This document shows, in pieces, positions 1 through 8,955 of a stretch of 64,000 nucleotides of DNA. Where the stretch lies: positions 1 through 64,000 of IMG/VR virus record IMGVR_UViG_3300036045_000005. One strand, 5' to 3'. Under the pieces are notes generated by a model. It saw only the letters and a list, made by a program, of their open reading frames with translations, searched no databases and was not told the DNA's origin. The translations under genes and the position numbers were made by a program. The DNA comes from a virus. How positions within the stretch are numbered: position 1 is the first letter of the stretch; every line of letters starts with the position of its first letter.

Positions 1-19
1 GTTTGCCGAGACGGAAACG

Positions 20-214
20 ATGTTGGTGATCAACCATACCCGCAAGAATCAACTGAAGGAGATGACCCACTCCCCCTTCTTGCGCGATTGGGCAAAGGTG
101 GGACACATCGTCATTCGCCCGGACATCGCCGAAGGCCACGCCCAAATCGTCATTGACCGTGCGCCCATGACGGATGAAGAAGATGAGCAGTTGAATGAGG
201 CGTTGTTTAATTAG
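20..214 (+). CDS. Hypothetical protein, probably 5'-truncated by the window edge
   Basis: Frame is open back to position 2; same strand as neighbouring genes. Confidence 0.5.
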   Translation: MLVINHTRKNQLKEMTHSPFLRDWAKVGHIVIRPDIAEGHAQIVIDRAPMTDEEDEQLNEALFN

Positions 215-237
215 TGTGGTAACGGCCGTATGCCTGA

Positions 238-504
238 ATGGTAGACGGCCGTTACTCAATCCCCAACATGAACGAAACACCTGAACTTTTACCCTGCCCA
301 TTTTGCGCCCAGGCTGCCTGGCTCCGCGATGGCCTGCCTTTTGTGGTTGAGTGCCCAGCCTGTGGCGCGACTGGCCCGGAAGGGCTGACAGCAGCGCGGG
401 CAATTGAGAGGTGGAACACCCGGCCGTACCGCCTGGCAGTGGAAGCGGCCTTGAACAGCCTGACCCCTTCGCCCCTGGTGATTGCTTTCTTTCGGCCACG
501 TTAG
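238..504 (+). CDS. Lar-like restriction alleviation / zinc-ribbon protein
   Basis: LLPCPFC...VECPACGATGP...AIERWNTR pattern typical of the Lar family; true start may be ATG 268. Confidence 0.75.
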   Translation: MVDGRYSIPNMNETPELLPCPFCAQAAWLRDGLPFVVECPACGATGPEGLTAARAIERWNTRPYRLAVEAALNSLTPSPLVIAFFRPR

Positions 505-512
505 CGAGTTGG

Positions 513-559
513 TTGACACGGCCGTAAACATCGCTATAATTTAGTATGATTTAATTATA
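513..559 (+). promoter_or_regulatory. Sigma70-type promoter with operator
   Basis: TTGACA (513-518), 16 bp, TATAAT (535-540), then TATGAT-TTA-ATTATA (545-559). Confidence 0.8.
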
Positions 560-587
560 TCGTTTCAAATTTGTACAGGAGATCATC

Positions 588-827
588 ATGCAAACCAGTA
601 TTGTTAGCACCATTAGAGTAACCAGAGATCACGAATTTTATTTCCTAACCATTGCCCGTAACGGCGAACTGGCCACCCGTGAACGTATCCCCCAACAGCG
701 AGCCAAACAAATTGTTGAAGCCCACAACGGCAACGGCCGTACCATCGGCCACGAGCCAGTAGATTGGACACCGGGCGGGTCACGTCAGTTCACCTGGACG
801 GTGGATGTAGAGGACGAGGAGGAATGA
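588..827 (+). CDS. Hypothetical protein
   Basis: AGGAG SD; directly downstream of the promoter at 513. Confidence 0.7.
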   Translation: MQTSIVSTIRVTRDHEFYFLTIARNGELATRERIPQQRAKQIVEAHNGNGRTIGHEPVDWTPGGSRQFTWTVDVEDEEE

Positions 828-830
828 GCC

Positions 831-1325
831 ATGCCCAGATATAAAACTGTACACCAACCCGACGAATTTAACGCCCACTTCGCGGCCACCGTCGCCACTC
901 ACGCCAACGAACTGCTGGCGCAATGGCAGGCAGGCGTAAATACCTTCGCCCAGACTGCGCTGCAAGCCCGCCGTGAATACATCGAGTGCATCCGCAACTT
1001 GCACATTGACGGACTGGACGGCGCGGCCGTGCCCGATGCTGCTTACTACCTGACGGCCGACGTGACTGAAATCCTTGTTCGCCCAGCTGCACCCACGAGG
1101 GGACGGCCGATGGCTGATTACCGCGTCCGCCTGTTGTCGGGCGAGACACTGGACATTAGCCGGGAACTTGGCGAACACATCACCTGGGAAGGGCGCAATC
1201 TGCTCCACTATTCTGACCACATCCATCTGCCCGGCGACAAGCGTGGCCACGCCAAGTGGCGGCGTTTTCGGATGGACGGGAATGATTTTGGCCTGCTTCT
1301 GGAGGTGGAACGTGCGCTGGCATGA
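831..1325 (+). CDS. Hypothetical protein
   Basis: GGAGG SD; tight packing with neighbours. Confidence 0.65.
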   Translation: MPRYKTVHQPDEFNAHFAATVATHANELLAQWQAGVNTFAQTALQARREYIECIRNLHIDGLDGAAVPDAAYYLTADVTEILVRPAAPTRGRPMADYRVRLLSGETLDISRELGEHITWEGRNLLHYSDHIHLPGDKRGHAKWRRFRMDGNDFGLLLEVERALA

Positions 1326-2094
1326 TAATCCTCACCCGGAGTTGTGGGCGGACATGAAGCAAGCCGCTCACGTGTTGGGCATCCATGAATCGGCGGGCGG
1401 CAATGCCCTGGAACGGGCCGGGGTGCCCATCTTCAAACATCGCGGCAAGCGGTTCGTATTGCGGGCTGACCTGAAAGTGTTTGCCGCCACCTTTCCCAAA
1501 CAGAGCTGGACGGCCGACGAAGAAGCCATCTACCGCAACCTGTGGGGCTACCGGCCAGTTTCCGAGATTGCCAAAATCCTGAAGCGCAGTGAGACGGCAC
1601 TGATGGTGCAGGCGAACCGGCTCAGGCTGACGGCCGTTGCCGCCTGGCCGGGGGTGCTGACAGAATCCACCCTCGCCCCGCTTTTGGTCATGGACAGAAA
1701 GAGCGTCTGGCGATTGATGTTGCCAGGGAGTGGTGCATTGCCAGCCATCACCCTGTACAAGCGCAATAAGCCGGTGCAGGTGGTGTATGAAGACCAGATG
1801 TGTCGCTGGTTGAAACGGCCGGAGAATTGGGTCTACCTCACCGACACCGAGCGCATTACGCACCCGCCATTTGCTCAGGCAATCGCGGCGGGCAAGCGCA
1901 AGTGGAACGATGCCTGGCTCACGCCGGGGGAGGCGGCCAGCCTGTTGGGTATCCATCATAAAACGGTCAACAAGTACATTCACCGGGGTTCGCTCCGGGC
2001 GATTAAACACGGTAACTGGCGCATCCAGCGCAGCAGTGTGGAGCGGCTACGAGATTGTCTGAACTATCACCGGCAATTCGCGGCGGCCGATTAA
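1312..2094 (+). CDS. Multi-HTH DNA-binding protein with excisionase-like ends
   Basis: GTG 1312 with GGAGG SD; C-terminal WLTPGEAASLLGIHHKTVNKYIHRGSL..NWRI winged HTH, plus further HTH-like segments (MKQAAHVLGI, VSEIAKILKRS). Confidence 0.75.
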   Translation: MRWHDNPHPELWADMKQAAHVLGIHESAGGNALERAGVPIFKHRGKRFVLRADLKVFAATFPKQSWTADEEAIYRNLWGYRPVSEIAKILKRSETALMVQANRLRLTAVAAWPGVLTESTLAPLLVMDRKSVWRLMLPGSGALPAITLYKRNKPVQVVYEDQMCRWLKRPENWVYLTDTERITHPPFAQAIAAGKRKWNDAWLTPGEAASLLGIHHKTVNKYIHRGSLRAIKHGNWRIQRSSVERLRDCLNYHRQFAAAD

Positions 2095-2104
2095 GGAGGT
2101 CGAG

Positions 2105-2320
2105 ATGATTGGTATGTTATGGCTCGGCGAGAGCCGCCTGAGCCTGGAAGAGAATGTACAGAAAGCGGCCGATTATTACATCCAGAAGTACGGCCGTCGC
2201 CCCGCCTGGTGCTTTGCCAATCCAAAGGAAGTGGCTGGGGAGACCAGGGTAGGCGGGATGACAGTCAAGCCGATGGTGACGATCTTGCCGCGCCATCTTT
2301 GGCTGGGGGTGGGAAGCTAA
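2105..2320 (+). CDS. Hypothetical protein
   Basis: AAGGAGG SD; its stop overlaps the next start (TAATG). Confidence 0.7.
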   Translation: MIGMLWLGESRLSLEENVQKAADYYIQKYGRRPAWCFANPKEVAGETRVGGMTVKPMVTILPRHLWLGVGS

Positions 2321-2892
2321 TGGGCGCGAGTACCTGGGCCAAACAGCTATACGCCAGGGATTTCCTGGTGCTGGATGTAGAGACCACCGGCATGGGTAGC
2401 CGGGATGAGGTGGTGCAGATGGCGCTGGTGGATAAGGCGGGAATCGTATTGCTCAACTCGCTGGTACGGCCGTGTGCTGCACCCATCACCCGTGAAGCCT
2501 TGGGCATCCACCACATTACGTCGGCGATGGTGGCCGATGCGCCGACGATGGGCTTCTTTGCGGAGACGATCAGGGGATTGTTTTACGGCCGTGCCGTCAT
2601 CGCCTACAACGCCGATTTTGATGCCCGCCTGCTGCGCCAGTCATTGGCCGCCAACGGCCTAAAGCCAGAGGATGTCATCGGCAAAGCAGATTTTATAGAC
2701 CTGATGAACCCCTACGCCCGCTATTGGGGAGCCAGGGGCAGGCGTGGCGGTTATCGCTGGCAATCGCTAGATGATGCCTGTGCCCAACAGCGAATCAAGG
2801 TAGCGGCCGATGGACACAGCGCGTTAGGGGATTGTCTACGTACCCTGGCCTTGCTCAAGGTCATGGCAGGAGAGAACAATGGCAGAGGGTAG
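2320..2892 (+). CDS. DEDDh (DnaQ-like) 3'-5' exonuclease
   Basis: LDVETTG (ExoI), YNADFD (ExoII), HSALGDC (ExoIII). Confidence 0.9.
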   Translation: MGASTWAKQLYARDFLVLDVETTGMGSRDEVVQMALVDKAGIVLLNSLVRPCAAPITREALGIHHITSAMVADAPTMGFFAETIRGLFYGRAVIAYNADFDARLLRQSLAANGLKPEDVIGKADFIDLMNPYARYWGARGRRGGYRWQSLDDACAQQRIKVAADGHSALGDCLRTLALLKVMAGENNGRG

Positions 2893-2901
2893 CGCAATTC
2901 A

Positions 2902-3108
2902 ATGGGGGACTGTTCTGTGAAAGACCAGGACACAAGATACGATTTGGTGGCGGCGTATCAAAGAGCCATAGAAGCGAATGCCCCAGTACGTGCCCGGCGC
3001 ACGGTCGTCTACCGGTGCATCCTCGCCGGAGCGAATAAAGCAATTTGTGGGCAACAACCGCCGCCCACACAAACTGAGACGAACCCAACAGTGGAGATAG
3101 TGCCATGA
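2902..3108 (+). CDS. Hypothetical protein
   Basis: Fills the gap; ATGA overlap with the next gene. Confidence 0.45.
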   Translation: MGDCSVKDQDTRYDLVAAYQRAIEANAPVRARRTVVYRCILAGANKAICGQQPPPTQTETNPTVEIVP

Positions 3109-3305
3109 CCTACAAATCTAACTATCGGGTGCAGCGTACCCGGTTTTACCAGTGCGGCCGTAAAACCCTCTTTCTGGATGAGCAGTCGGCCAAAACCCGT
3201 GCTGGACAAATCAACAAGGCGGAAGGCTACCAGAAGATGGAAGCGTATCAATGCAATTGCCAGGGATGTCACGGCTGGCACTTGCGGCGAGTGAAGGGAA
3301 AATGA
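3105..3305 (+). CDS. Small basic Cys/His protein
   Basis: C..K..F...A and YQC...C.GWHL pattern of small phage zinc-finger proteins; ATGA overlaps at both ends. Confidence 0.65.
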   Translation: MTYKSNYRVQRTRFYQCGRKTLFLDEQSAKTRAGQINKAEGYQKMEAYQCNCQGCHGWHLRRVKGK

Positions 3306-4186
3306 TGAATATTGACCAAACTATCACCCGCCCCGCCTTACGTTATTATGGCGGCCAATGGAATAACGCTCCCTGGATCATCAGCCATTGGCCTGCTCAC
3401 GAAACACGCATTATCCCATTTATGGGTGGCTTGAATGACGAGCTACGCGCTCCACGTGCTAGGCTTACCAATGCCAGCGATTTAGATGACCGTGTAGTTA
3501 ATTTCTTTCAGGTATTACGCGACCATCCAGATGACCTGATAAGAGTTATTCGTTTGACCCCCTGGCATGAAGGAGAGTATGAAATCTCCCAATCCCCACA
3601 CCGCGAGCCACTAGAGGATGCCCGCCGCTTCTGGTGTGCTTGTTGGATGTCTGTGAGCGGGGGGCCAAAACCTGGTAAATCTGGTTTTCGCTGGACACGA
3701 GATAGGGACGGTCGTTGGTCAACACCGGCTACCGATAGCTTAAATATAAACCATCTACACCTCGTTGCGGAACGATTGCGACACATCCATTTTTTGAAGC
3801 GCGACGGCCTGGAACTGATAGATGACCATCTAGGCATAGAAAAATCCCTGATTTGGTGTGACCCACCCTTTATCAAAGAAACCCGTGCCAGCGGCGCAAA
3901 CTCATATGCTCACGAGACAAGCGAGCAACTCCATTTCGATCTGGCTGCATTGCTCCAACGAGCGAATGGGTACGTCGCCATTACCGGATATGCCTGGAAT
4001 CCAGATGGCTATAAAAATCAGATGTATGAATTGCTCTATGAGGCTCATGGTTGGGTCCGGGTTGACAGCAACCGCCGGGTGAATGGTGGCGGTACACGCC
4101 AACAATCTCTATGGTTGTCACCGCGCACTTGGGACGCACTGCAAATTGAACGCTACCCGCTCCTGGCAGGAATAAAAGGATATTGA
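3302..4186 (+). CDS. Dam-like (D12 class) DNA adenine methyltransferase, divergent
   Basis: PALRYYGG, IPFMGG (motif I), DLD..VVNFFQVLR, CDPPF (motif IV). Confidence 0.85.
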   Translation: MMNIDQTITRPALRYYGGQWNNAPWIISHWPAHETRIIPFMGGLNDELRAPRARLTNASDLDDRVVNFFQVLRDHPDDLIRVIRLTPWHEGEYEISQSPHREPLEDARRFWCACWMSVSGGPKPGKSGFRWTRDRDGRWSTPATDSLNINHLHLVAERLRHIHFLKRDGLELIDDHLGIEKSLIWCDPPFIKETRASGANSYAHETSEQLHFDLAALLQRANGYVAITGYAWNPDGYKNQMYELLYEAHGWVRVDSNRRVNGGGTRQQSLWLSPRTWDALQIERYPLLAGIKGY

Positions 4187-4587
4187 AAATGGACACCATA
4201 GCCATGAACACCCATGAAAAAGCTGGCCCATTTGAACAATGGATGAATCCAATCACCGGCGAAGAGACTGCCTTTGTCACCTTCCCGGTGGTCAACGGCC
4301 GCATGAATCGCACCGTCTGCCTGACGGATTATGAAGACGGCTATCGCCGCACCTGGGAGATTACCTATACGCCGGCCGTTGCCAATCGGTCAGCCATGCT
4401 GCATGTGTGGGGAGACGCGCCATTATTAGATACCATTGGTGAGGCAAAACCGGACACGGCCGAAGAAGGATTCTATTTGACAGAGGAGGAGTTTGGCGAC
4501 GGCCGTCGGTTAGTTGGGTGTGCGCTACTGGCAACCATGCTGACGGTATTATTGTTATGCCTTTTGGCGTTAATGGCGCGTCATTGA
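4183..4587 (+). CDS. Hypothetical protein with C-terminal transmembrane helix
   Basis: LVGCALLATMLTVLLLCLLALM at the C-terminus. Confidence 0.6.
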   Translation: MKMDTIAMNTHEKAGPFEQWMNPITGEETAFVTFPVVNGRMNRTVCLTDYEDGYRRTWEITYTPAVANRSAMLHVWGDAPLLDTIGEAKPDTAEEGFYLTEEEFGDGRRLVGCALLATMLTVLLLCLLALMARH

Positions 4588-4633
4588 TATTTTGGCCTTG
4601 ACGAAATGCAGAAGTCGCAATAATATCAACAGC

Positions 4634-4867
4634 ATGAACAGTTTGTTATTCCCAGCAGAGGCCACAATGGAAGAATACAGTTTCACCGATTTGGGTAAGC
4701 GGTGGAACGTAGACCGTACAACGGTATGGAGATGGTGGAATGACGGCCGTTTCCAACGTTGGCGGCGTAAGGGGCCAGGTCAGACAAGTGATGTACTCAT
4801 TCCTGTAGAAGAGGTTGAACGCTTTGAGCGGGAACACAACCTGGTCGCTCCACCACCGCATCCCTAA
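4634..4867 (+). CDS. Excisionase-like HTH protein
   Basis: YSFTDLGKRWNVDRTTVWRWW...IPVEEVERFE; converges on attP and int. Promoter TTGACG (4598), 17 bp, TAATAT (4621) would make ATG 4634 leaderless; alternative start 4667. Confidence 0.75.
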   Translation: MNSLLFPAEATMEEYSFTDLGKRWNVDRTTVWRWWNDGRFQRWRRKGPGQTSDVLIPVEEVERFEREHNLVAPPPHP

Positions 4868-4902
4868 AAAAGAAAGCCGCCCGGCACGGCGACTTTCCTT
4901 TT
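4866..4902. terminator. Bidirectional intrinsic terminator between xis and attP/int
   Basis: A-run, GAAAGcCGCC-loop-GGCGaCTTTC, then a T-run. Confidence 0.65.
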
Positions 4903-4977
4903 GGGCTTCTGCCCGGACTTTATTGAACCTTAACAACTGAAGCTATCGCTGACGCGGTGCTTGGAGCCGTTATGGTG

Positions 4978-5019
4978 TGGTGCCAACTGGATTTGAACCA
5001 GTGACCTAGGGCTTATGAG
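4978..5019 (-). other. attP core: 3' half of a tRNA with CAT anticodon (Ile2 or Met)
   Basis: Minus strand reads CTCATAA GCCCT AGGTC ACTGG TTCAAAT CCAGT TGGCACC A (anticodon loop, T-arm, acceptor strand). The 5' half is absent. About 90 bp downstream of int. Confidence 0.85.
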
Positions 5020-5106
5020 ATAATCGGTGAGAGGTGCTGACGAGCGGCTTTCAAAGCCCTCCGGTACAGCCGATTATGCACAACACGGCCCTCTTTGGTC
5101 AAATTT

Positions 5107-6324
5107 CTATATCTTCTCTCTATCTTGCTTCCAGTTAAATTGGGCGTGTCGTTGTTGAACATCACTACTGGCCCACCGCGCATAGGACTGGATAACGGTT
5201 TGCGGACTGTTGCCCAGGACGCGGGCAACGGTAGTGACATCAGCACCACGACGCAGTGCCTCAATGCTCCAGGCGTGTCGCCAGGCGTGGGGGTTGGCGT
5301 ATGCCTCTACACCCGCCTCAATCGCCAGACTGATCATGACCTGATAAATGCCGTCGCGGGTCATGGGGCCACGAATGCCAGGGAATAGGGCATCACCACC
5401 GGGATGAATCGTGAGCCAGCGAGACAATACGTCACACGCCTCTCCGTCCAGGTAAATCTGTCGGCTACGCGGGTAGCCGCCCCGTCCCTTCTCCCACACT
5501 GTCGCCGTACCCGCTTCCAGATTGAGGCGGTCAACCCGCATGGAGGCCACGCCACCAACGCGACAGGCAGAACTGGCAAGCACTTGCAGGATGGCCTCGT
5601 TGCGGACACCGAGGGCAAGTTTGCCCTTAAGCGGGATAGGGAATTGCCCGGTGCGGCCGGTGAAAAGCAGATCGCCTTCATCAACGGCCGTCACTACTGC
5701 GCGGACGCAACACCATTCAACCAGGGCTTCGCCAGACAGTCGGCCGTAGCTAGCTGGCCGGGGAATGTATTTATAGCGGGTGTAGTGGTGCAAGGTGACA
5801 CGGCCGTTCTGTGGGTCAACATCTTCGCGGCGCAACCGATCCAGTTCGCCCACTTTGGCCCCAGTCTCCTCCTTCAGCCAGTAGTAAGCCCAATCGCGCA
5901 GGGCGTACAGGCGGGCAACCCAAAGGATGTGCCGGGCATCCTCCACTGGAATGGCCTTTGGTTCTTCGGTGGAGGGTGGGGGGATGGATAGGCGGGCGGC
6001 GGGATTGTTGGGGATCAGCCCTTCGTCGTGCAGCCACTTGAAAAATTGGCGGCCAGCACGGATGTAGTTGCGGAGGCTATCTTGTGACAAGCCTCCTTCT
6101 GCGGTAGGGCGCACATCACTATCTGCCCAACGGCTCTCCCGTTCCAACAGTTCAGCCCGCCAACGGCGCAAATCGTTGATAGTGACTGCCGTTACCTCGA
6201 CATCACCAATGCTTTTTACCAGGGCCAACAGACGACCAGTGAACCACTGACGGGTACTTTCGGAGACTTCTCCCCTCCTTGAAAGGTCAAAGTGAGCGAT
6301 AGCTTCAGAGAGTTTCATAGCCAC
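5107..6324 (-). CDS. int: Tyrosine integrase
   Basis: N-terminal SAM-like region; catalytic R (SACR), K (EKG), HAWR, LGNS, Y (QSY); adjacent to a tRNA fragment. Confidence 0.93.
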   Translation of the reverse strand: MAMKLSEAIAHFDLSRRGEVSESTRQWFTGRLLALVKSIGDVEVTAVTINDLRRWRAELLERESRWADSDVRPTAEGGLSQDSLRNYIRAGRQFFKWLHDEGLIPNNPAARLSIPPPSTEEPKAIPVEDARHILWVARLYALRDWAYYWLKEETGAKVGELDRLRREDVDPQNGRVTLHHYTRYKYIPRPASYGRLSGEALVEWCCVRAVVTAVDEGDLLFTGRTGQFPIPLKGKLALGVRNEAILQVLASSACRVGGVASMRVDRLNLEAGTATVWEKGRGGYPRSRQIYLDGEACDVLSRWLTIHPGGDALFPGIRGPMTRDGIYQVMISLAIEAGVEAYANPHAWRHAWSIEALRRGADVTTVARVLGNSPQTVIQSYARWASSDVQQRHAQFNWKQDREKI

Positions 6325-6409
6325 GACAGACGGCCGTAATGAATACGGCTTACGGCGGTGTGTCTTCAGAGTTGCCTCTGTCGCGCTTTATGTGCGTTTT
6401 GTTGATATA

Positions 6410-6449
6410 GAGATGTGCCGGGACGAGTTGGCACCGCCCGGCACATCTC
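6410..6449. promoter_or_regulatory. 13-bp perfect hairpin between int and the divergent replication operon
   Basis: GAGATGTGCCGGG-14 nt-CCCGGCACATCTC. Confidence 0.55.
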
Positions 6450-6494
6450 GGAATTATGTATGAATAAATTATCTATGTCAAAAGGGAGACGAAT

Positions 6495-6818
6495 ATGGAT
6501 GAAAATCGTAGGGCAAACGGACGCTTTTGGTTGGTGATGTTGGGGCTGTTTGGTCTCAGCACCCTGTATGACGTGCTGGTGATTCGGCGAATGGACAGAG
6601 ATCGGCTGATGGAGCAGTGGACGTGGGCGACGGTTGTCTTTGGCGTGGCTTACACACTGGCGGCCGTTGCCCTGCTGGACTGGAAAGCGGCGCGGCTGGT
6701 ATTTATCGCCTTCTGCTTTTCTGGGACACCCATGAGCATCGGCGATCTGGTGCGTTACCTGGAGCGCAAACGGAATGGCGACCGGGTAATCCGTGAAGTA
6801 ACCCGCCAATGGGAATGA
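6495..6818 (+). CDS. Small membrane protein (2-3 TM)
   Basis: Hydrophobic stretches; AAGGGAG SD. Confidence 0.65.
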   Translation: MDENRRANGRFWLVMLGLFGLSTLYDVLVIRRMDRDRLMEQWTWATVVFGVAYTLAAVALLDWKAARLVFIAFCFSGTPMSIGDLVRYLERKRNGDRVIREVTRQWE

Positions 6819-7039
6819 ACCAGAACACCGTGATGCTTATCGTCCCTGTCCACATGTTGGACGAACTCGACCACAGTTTATCAGTGGCGGCCAATGCCAT
6901 GACCCCATTGGCGAACGGGGCGAAGATTTCACAGGAGGCACAGATCAGTTTGGCGGCCATCGGGCAGATTGCTTTGAATCAGGCGAGGACGGCCGTGCAG
7001 CGATTGAGAGAAAAAGAAGTGGACGTATTGCCAAATTAA
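6809..7039 (+). CDS. Hypothetical protein
   Basis: ATGA overlap at 6815-6818 suggests translational coupling. Confidence 0.55.
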   Translation: MGMNQNTVMLIVPVHMLDELDHSLSVAANAMTPLANGAKISQEAQISLAAIGQIALNQARTAVQRLREKEVDVLPN

Positions 7040-7050
7040 CGAGGATTGTA

Positions 7051-8046
7051 ATGAGCAAGATCGTACCGAACACAACTCAAACACCTAACCTGTATCTGGA
7101 CAGGCTGTTGATGCTGTTGGATGAGGGCGAGTTGAAAACGTTATTGTATGCAGTACGGCGCACATTGGGGTTTCACAAAGGAAGTGACCGCATTAGCACA
7201 AGCCAGTTTATGAACGGAAATGGGCACAGGGGGGAAGATGGTGAGTTGGTAGAGTATGGCACAGGTTTGACCAAAAGCACCCAACTGGCCGTGCTGGAAC
7301 GGCTGACAGCATTCGGGCTACTTGTTGAGGTAGCACCGAATGAAGCCAATAAGGGCATCGAGTGGGCTTTGCAATTGGACGAGCGCAAAGTGCAATGGGA
7401 TGTCCTGCGTGAACGGTATGAGCAACGCAAAGAGAAAGGCCGCTCCCGAACGAAACGCGGCCGTGTAGCGGCCTCCGCCAAACGGCAGCAAGGTGGTCTA
7501 TTCATTGAGCCACCTGGACGGTCTAACCAACAGACCACCAGTGGTTCAACCATTAGACCACCAGTGGTTCAACCATTAGACCACCAGGCGGTCTATCCGT
7601 TAGACCCACAAAAGAAAGATAGAAAGCCAGTAGGAAAACCAGTTAGAAAAGAAGAGGACGATCCAAACCTGAATGAAGCGTGGGGGATGTTGTTGGAATT
7701 TTGCGAGGAAGAAATGGAAACAGCCGTCAAAATCTGGCAGCTTCAAACCGCCTTTTCTGAGAAATCCAAGATTCCCCGCCCAAACATTGACAGCGAGAGC
7801 GGGCGTCAGGAACTTAAAGATTCCTGGTGGCCCACATTGCGCGAGGTGTTGCAGGTTTGCGAGGGAGACCTGGCGCGGGCGATTGCCGGGTTAGCGGAGG
7901 GGATTGCCAGCCAGAGCGAATGGAAGGCAGACAGTATTTCCACACCTACCTCCGTTCGCAAGAAAACATTAGCGAAAATTGCCGCCATGCAACGGGTGGC
8001 CAGTAATGGCAATGGGCAATATGCCTATGCCACCTACACCATTTAA
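7051..8046 (+). CDS. Phage replication initiator (O-like, N-terminal wHTH)
   Basis: PNTTQTPNLYLD...ELKTLLYAVRRTLGFHK..DRIS N-terminus; internal iterons; followed by a DnaC-like ATPase. Confidence 0.85.
   Translation: MSKIVPNTTQTPNLYLDRLLMLLDEGELKTLLYAVRRTLGFHKGSDRISTSQFMNGNGHRGEDGELVEYGTGLTKSTQLAVLERLTAFGLLVEVAPNEANKGIEWALQLDERKVQWDVLRERYEQRKEKGRSRTKRGRVAASAKRQQGGLFIEPPGRSNQQTTSGSTIRPPVVQPLDHQAVYPLDPQKKDRKPVGKPVRKEEDDPNLNEAWGMLLEFCEEEMETAVKIWQLQTAFSEKSKIPRPNIDSESGRQELKDSWWPTLREVLQVCEGDLARAIAGLAEGIASQSEWKADSISTPTSVRKKTLAKIAAMQRVASNGNGQYAYATYTI
7495..7606 (+). repeat. Replication-origin iterons (5 copies) inside the initiator gene
   Basis: Imperfect palindromes GGT(C/T)(T/C)A-N5-TAGACC at 7495, 7520, 7543, 7566 and 7590, followed by an A-rich tract (7608-7655). 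Confidence 0.8.
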
Positions 8047-8056
8047 GGAGATAACC

Positions 8057-8953
8057 ATGCAAACAGCGAGTTGGAATGTACGGAATGCACAGCAGCAATT
8101 AGCCCGGCAGCAGGCAGGTAACGGACGGCCGCTGCCAATCGGCCAGATCGAGGTAACACCCGGCCTGACCTGGGTAGAAGCTCCGCCAGAAGTTCCGCCA
8201 GCGCGAGCATACCAATTAACGCCCCTGGATGCCTTTACTTTTGACCACTTAAAAACCGAGGAGCAATGCACCCTATTACAAAGCGCATTGGACAAGGCGA
8301 GAGAGTGGAAGGCAGCTTACCGCCTGCAACCGGGGCTAAGTTTTGTATTGGCCGGGCCGGTGGGCGCGGGTAAAACCACCATCGCTGAAAACTTGATACA
8401 GCCTTTCCTTCGTCTGGTGGGGCCACAAATGGAGGAGGGTGATGTCCGGCATATCGCTCAGCTGCGTTTGATTTATGACCAGATGCAGGATCGGCAGTCG
8501 CGGGAGCGGCTAGACGCGGAGATTGCTGATTTTGAGGCGTATTTCCAGCCGCGAGAGGTGAGTAGCGGCCTGTTGCTCGAAGCAACCAGCCTGATGTGGC
8601 TGATGGCTGACCAGGGGCCGCTAGGCGTTTCGCTTGACCGTTACCAGGTGATCATCGTAGACGATGCTGGTTGTGAAGATTTTAGCACGGCTACCTACAC
8701 ACCTGATCCAGAAGCGGTCAAACCGGTGCGCCATAACCGGTACGGCCGTTTCTTTGACCATTGTTACCGCACCCGGAAACATCTTCTAATCACGAGCAAT
8801 ACACCGTTGCTAAGAGAGAGCGTGATCAATCCCGATTTTATTGACATCTTTGGCAAACGGGCATTCGATAGGCTCTACCAGATGGCAAAGGGGTTTATGG
8901 TTGACCTGTCTGGGTTGCCCTCTTATCGCCAGTATGTGGTGCAGGGGGTGTAG
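8057..8953 (+). CDS. DnaC/IstB-like helicase-loader ATPase
   Basis: GPVGAGKT, VIIVDDAG, LITSN, RAFDRL; AAGGAG SD before ATG 8057. Confidence 0.85.
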   Translation: MQTASWNVRNAQQQLARQQAGNGRPLPIGQIEVTPGLTWVEAPPEVPPARAYQLTPLDAFTFDHLKTEEQCTLLQSALDKAREWKAAYRLQPGLSFVLAGPVGAGKTTIAENLIQPFLRLVGPQMEEGDVRHIAQLRLIYDQMQDRQSRERLDAEIADFEAYFQPREVSSGLLLEATSLMWLMADQGPLGVSLDRYQVIIVDDAGCEDFSTATYTPDPEAVKPVRHNRYGRFFDHCYRTRKHLLITSNTPLLRESVINPDFIDIFGKRAFDRLYQMAKGFMVDLSGLPSYRQYVVQGV

Positions 8954-8955
8954 CG

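Noticed and set aside
4978-5055. Complete phage tRNA gene
   Set aside because: Sequence 5' of the anticodon loop cannot form the anticodon stem, D-arm or acceptor stem; only the 3' half is present, so it is called attP.
6426-6435. 10-bp inverted match (AGTTGGCACC) to the attP end, suggesting an invertible int segment
   Set aside because: Too short, lies away from the likely anticodon-loop crossover, and sits in a hairpin loop; chance is plausible.
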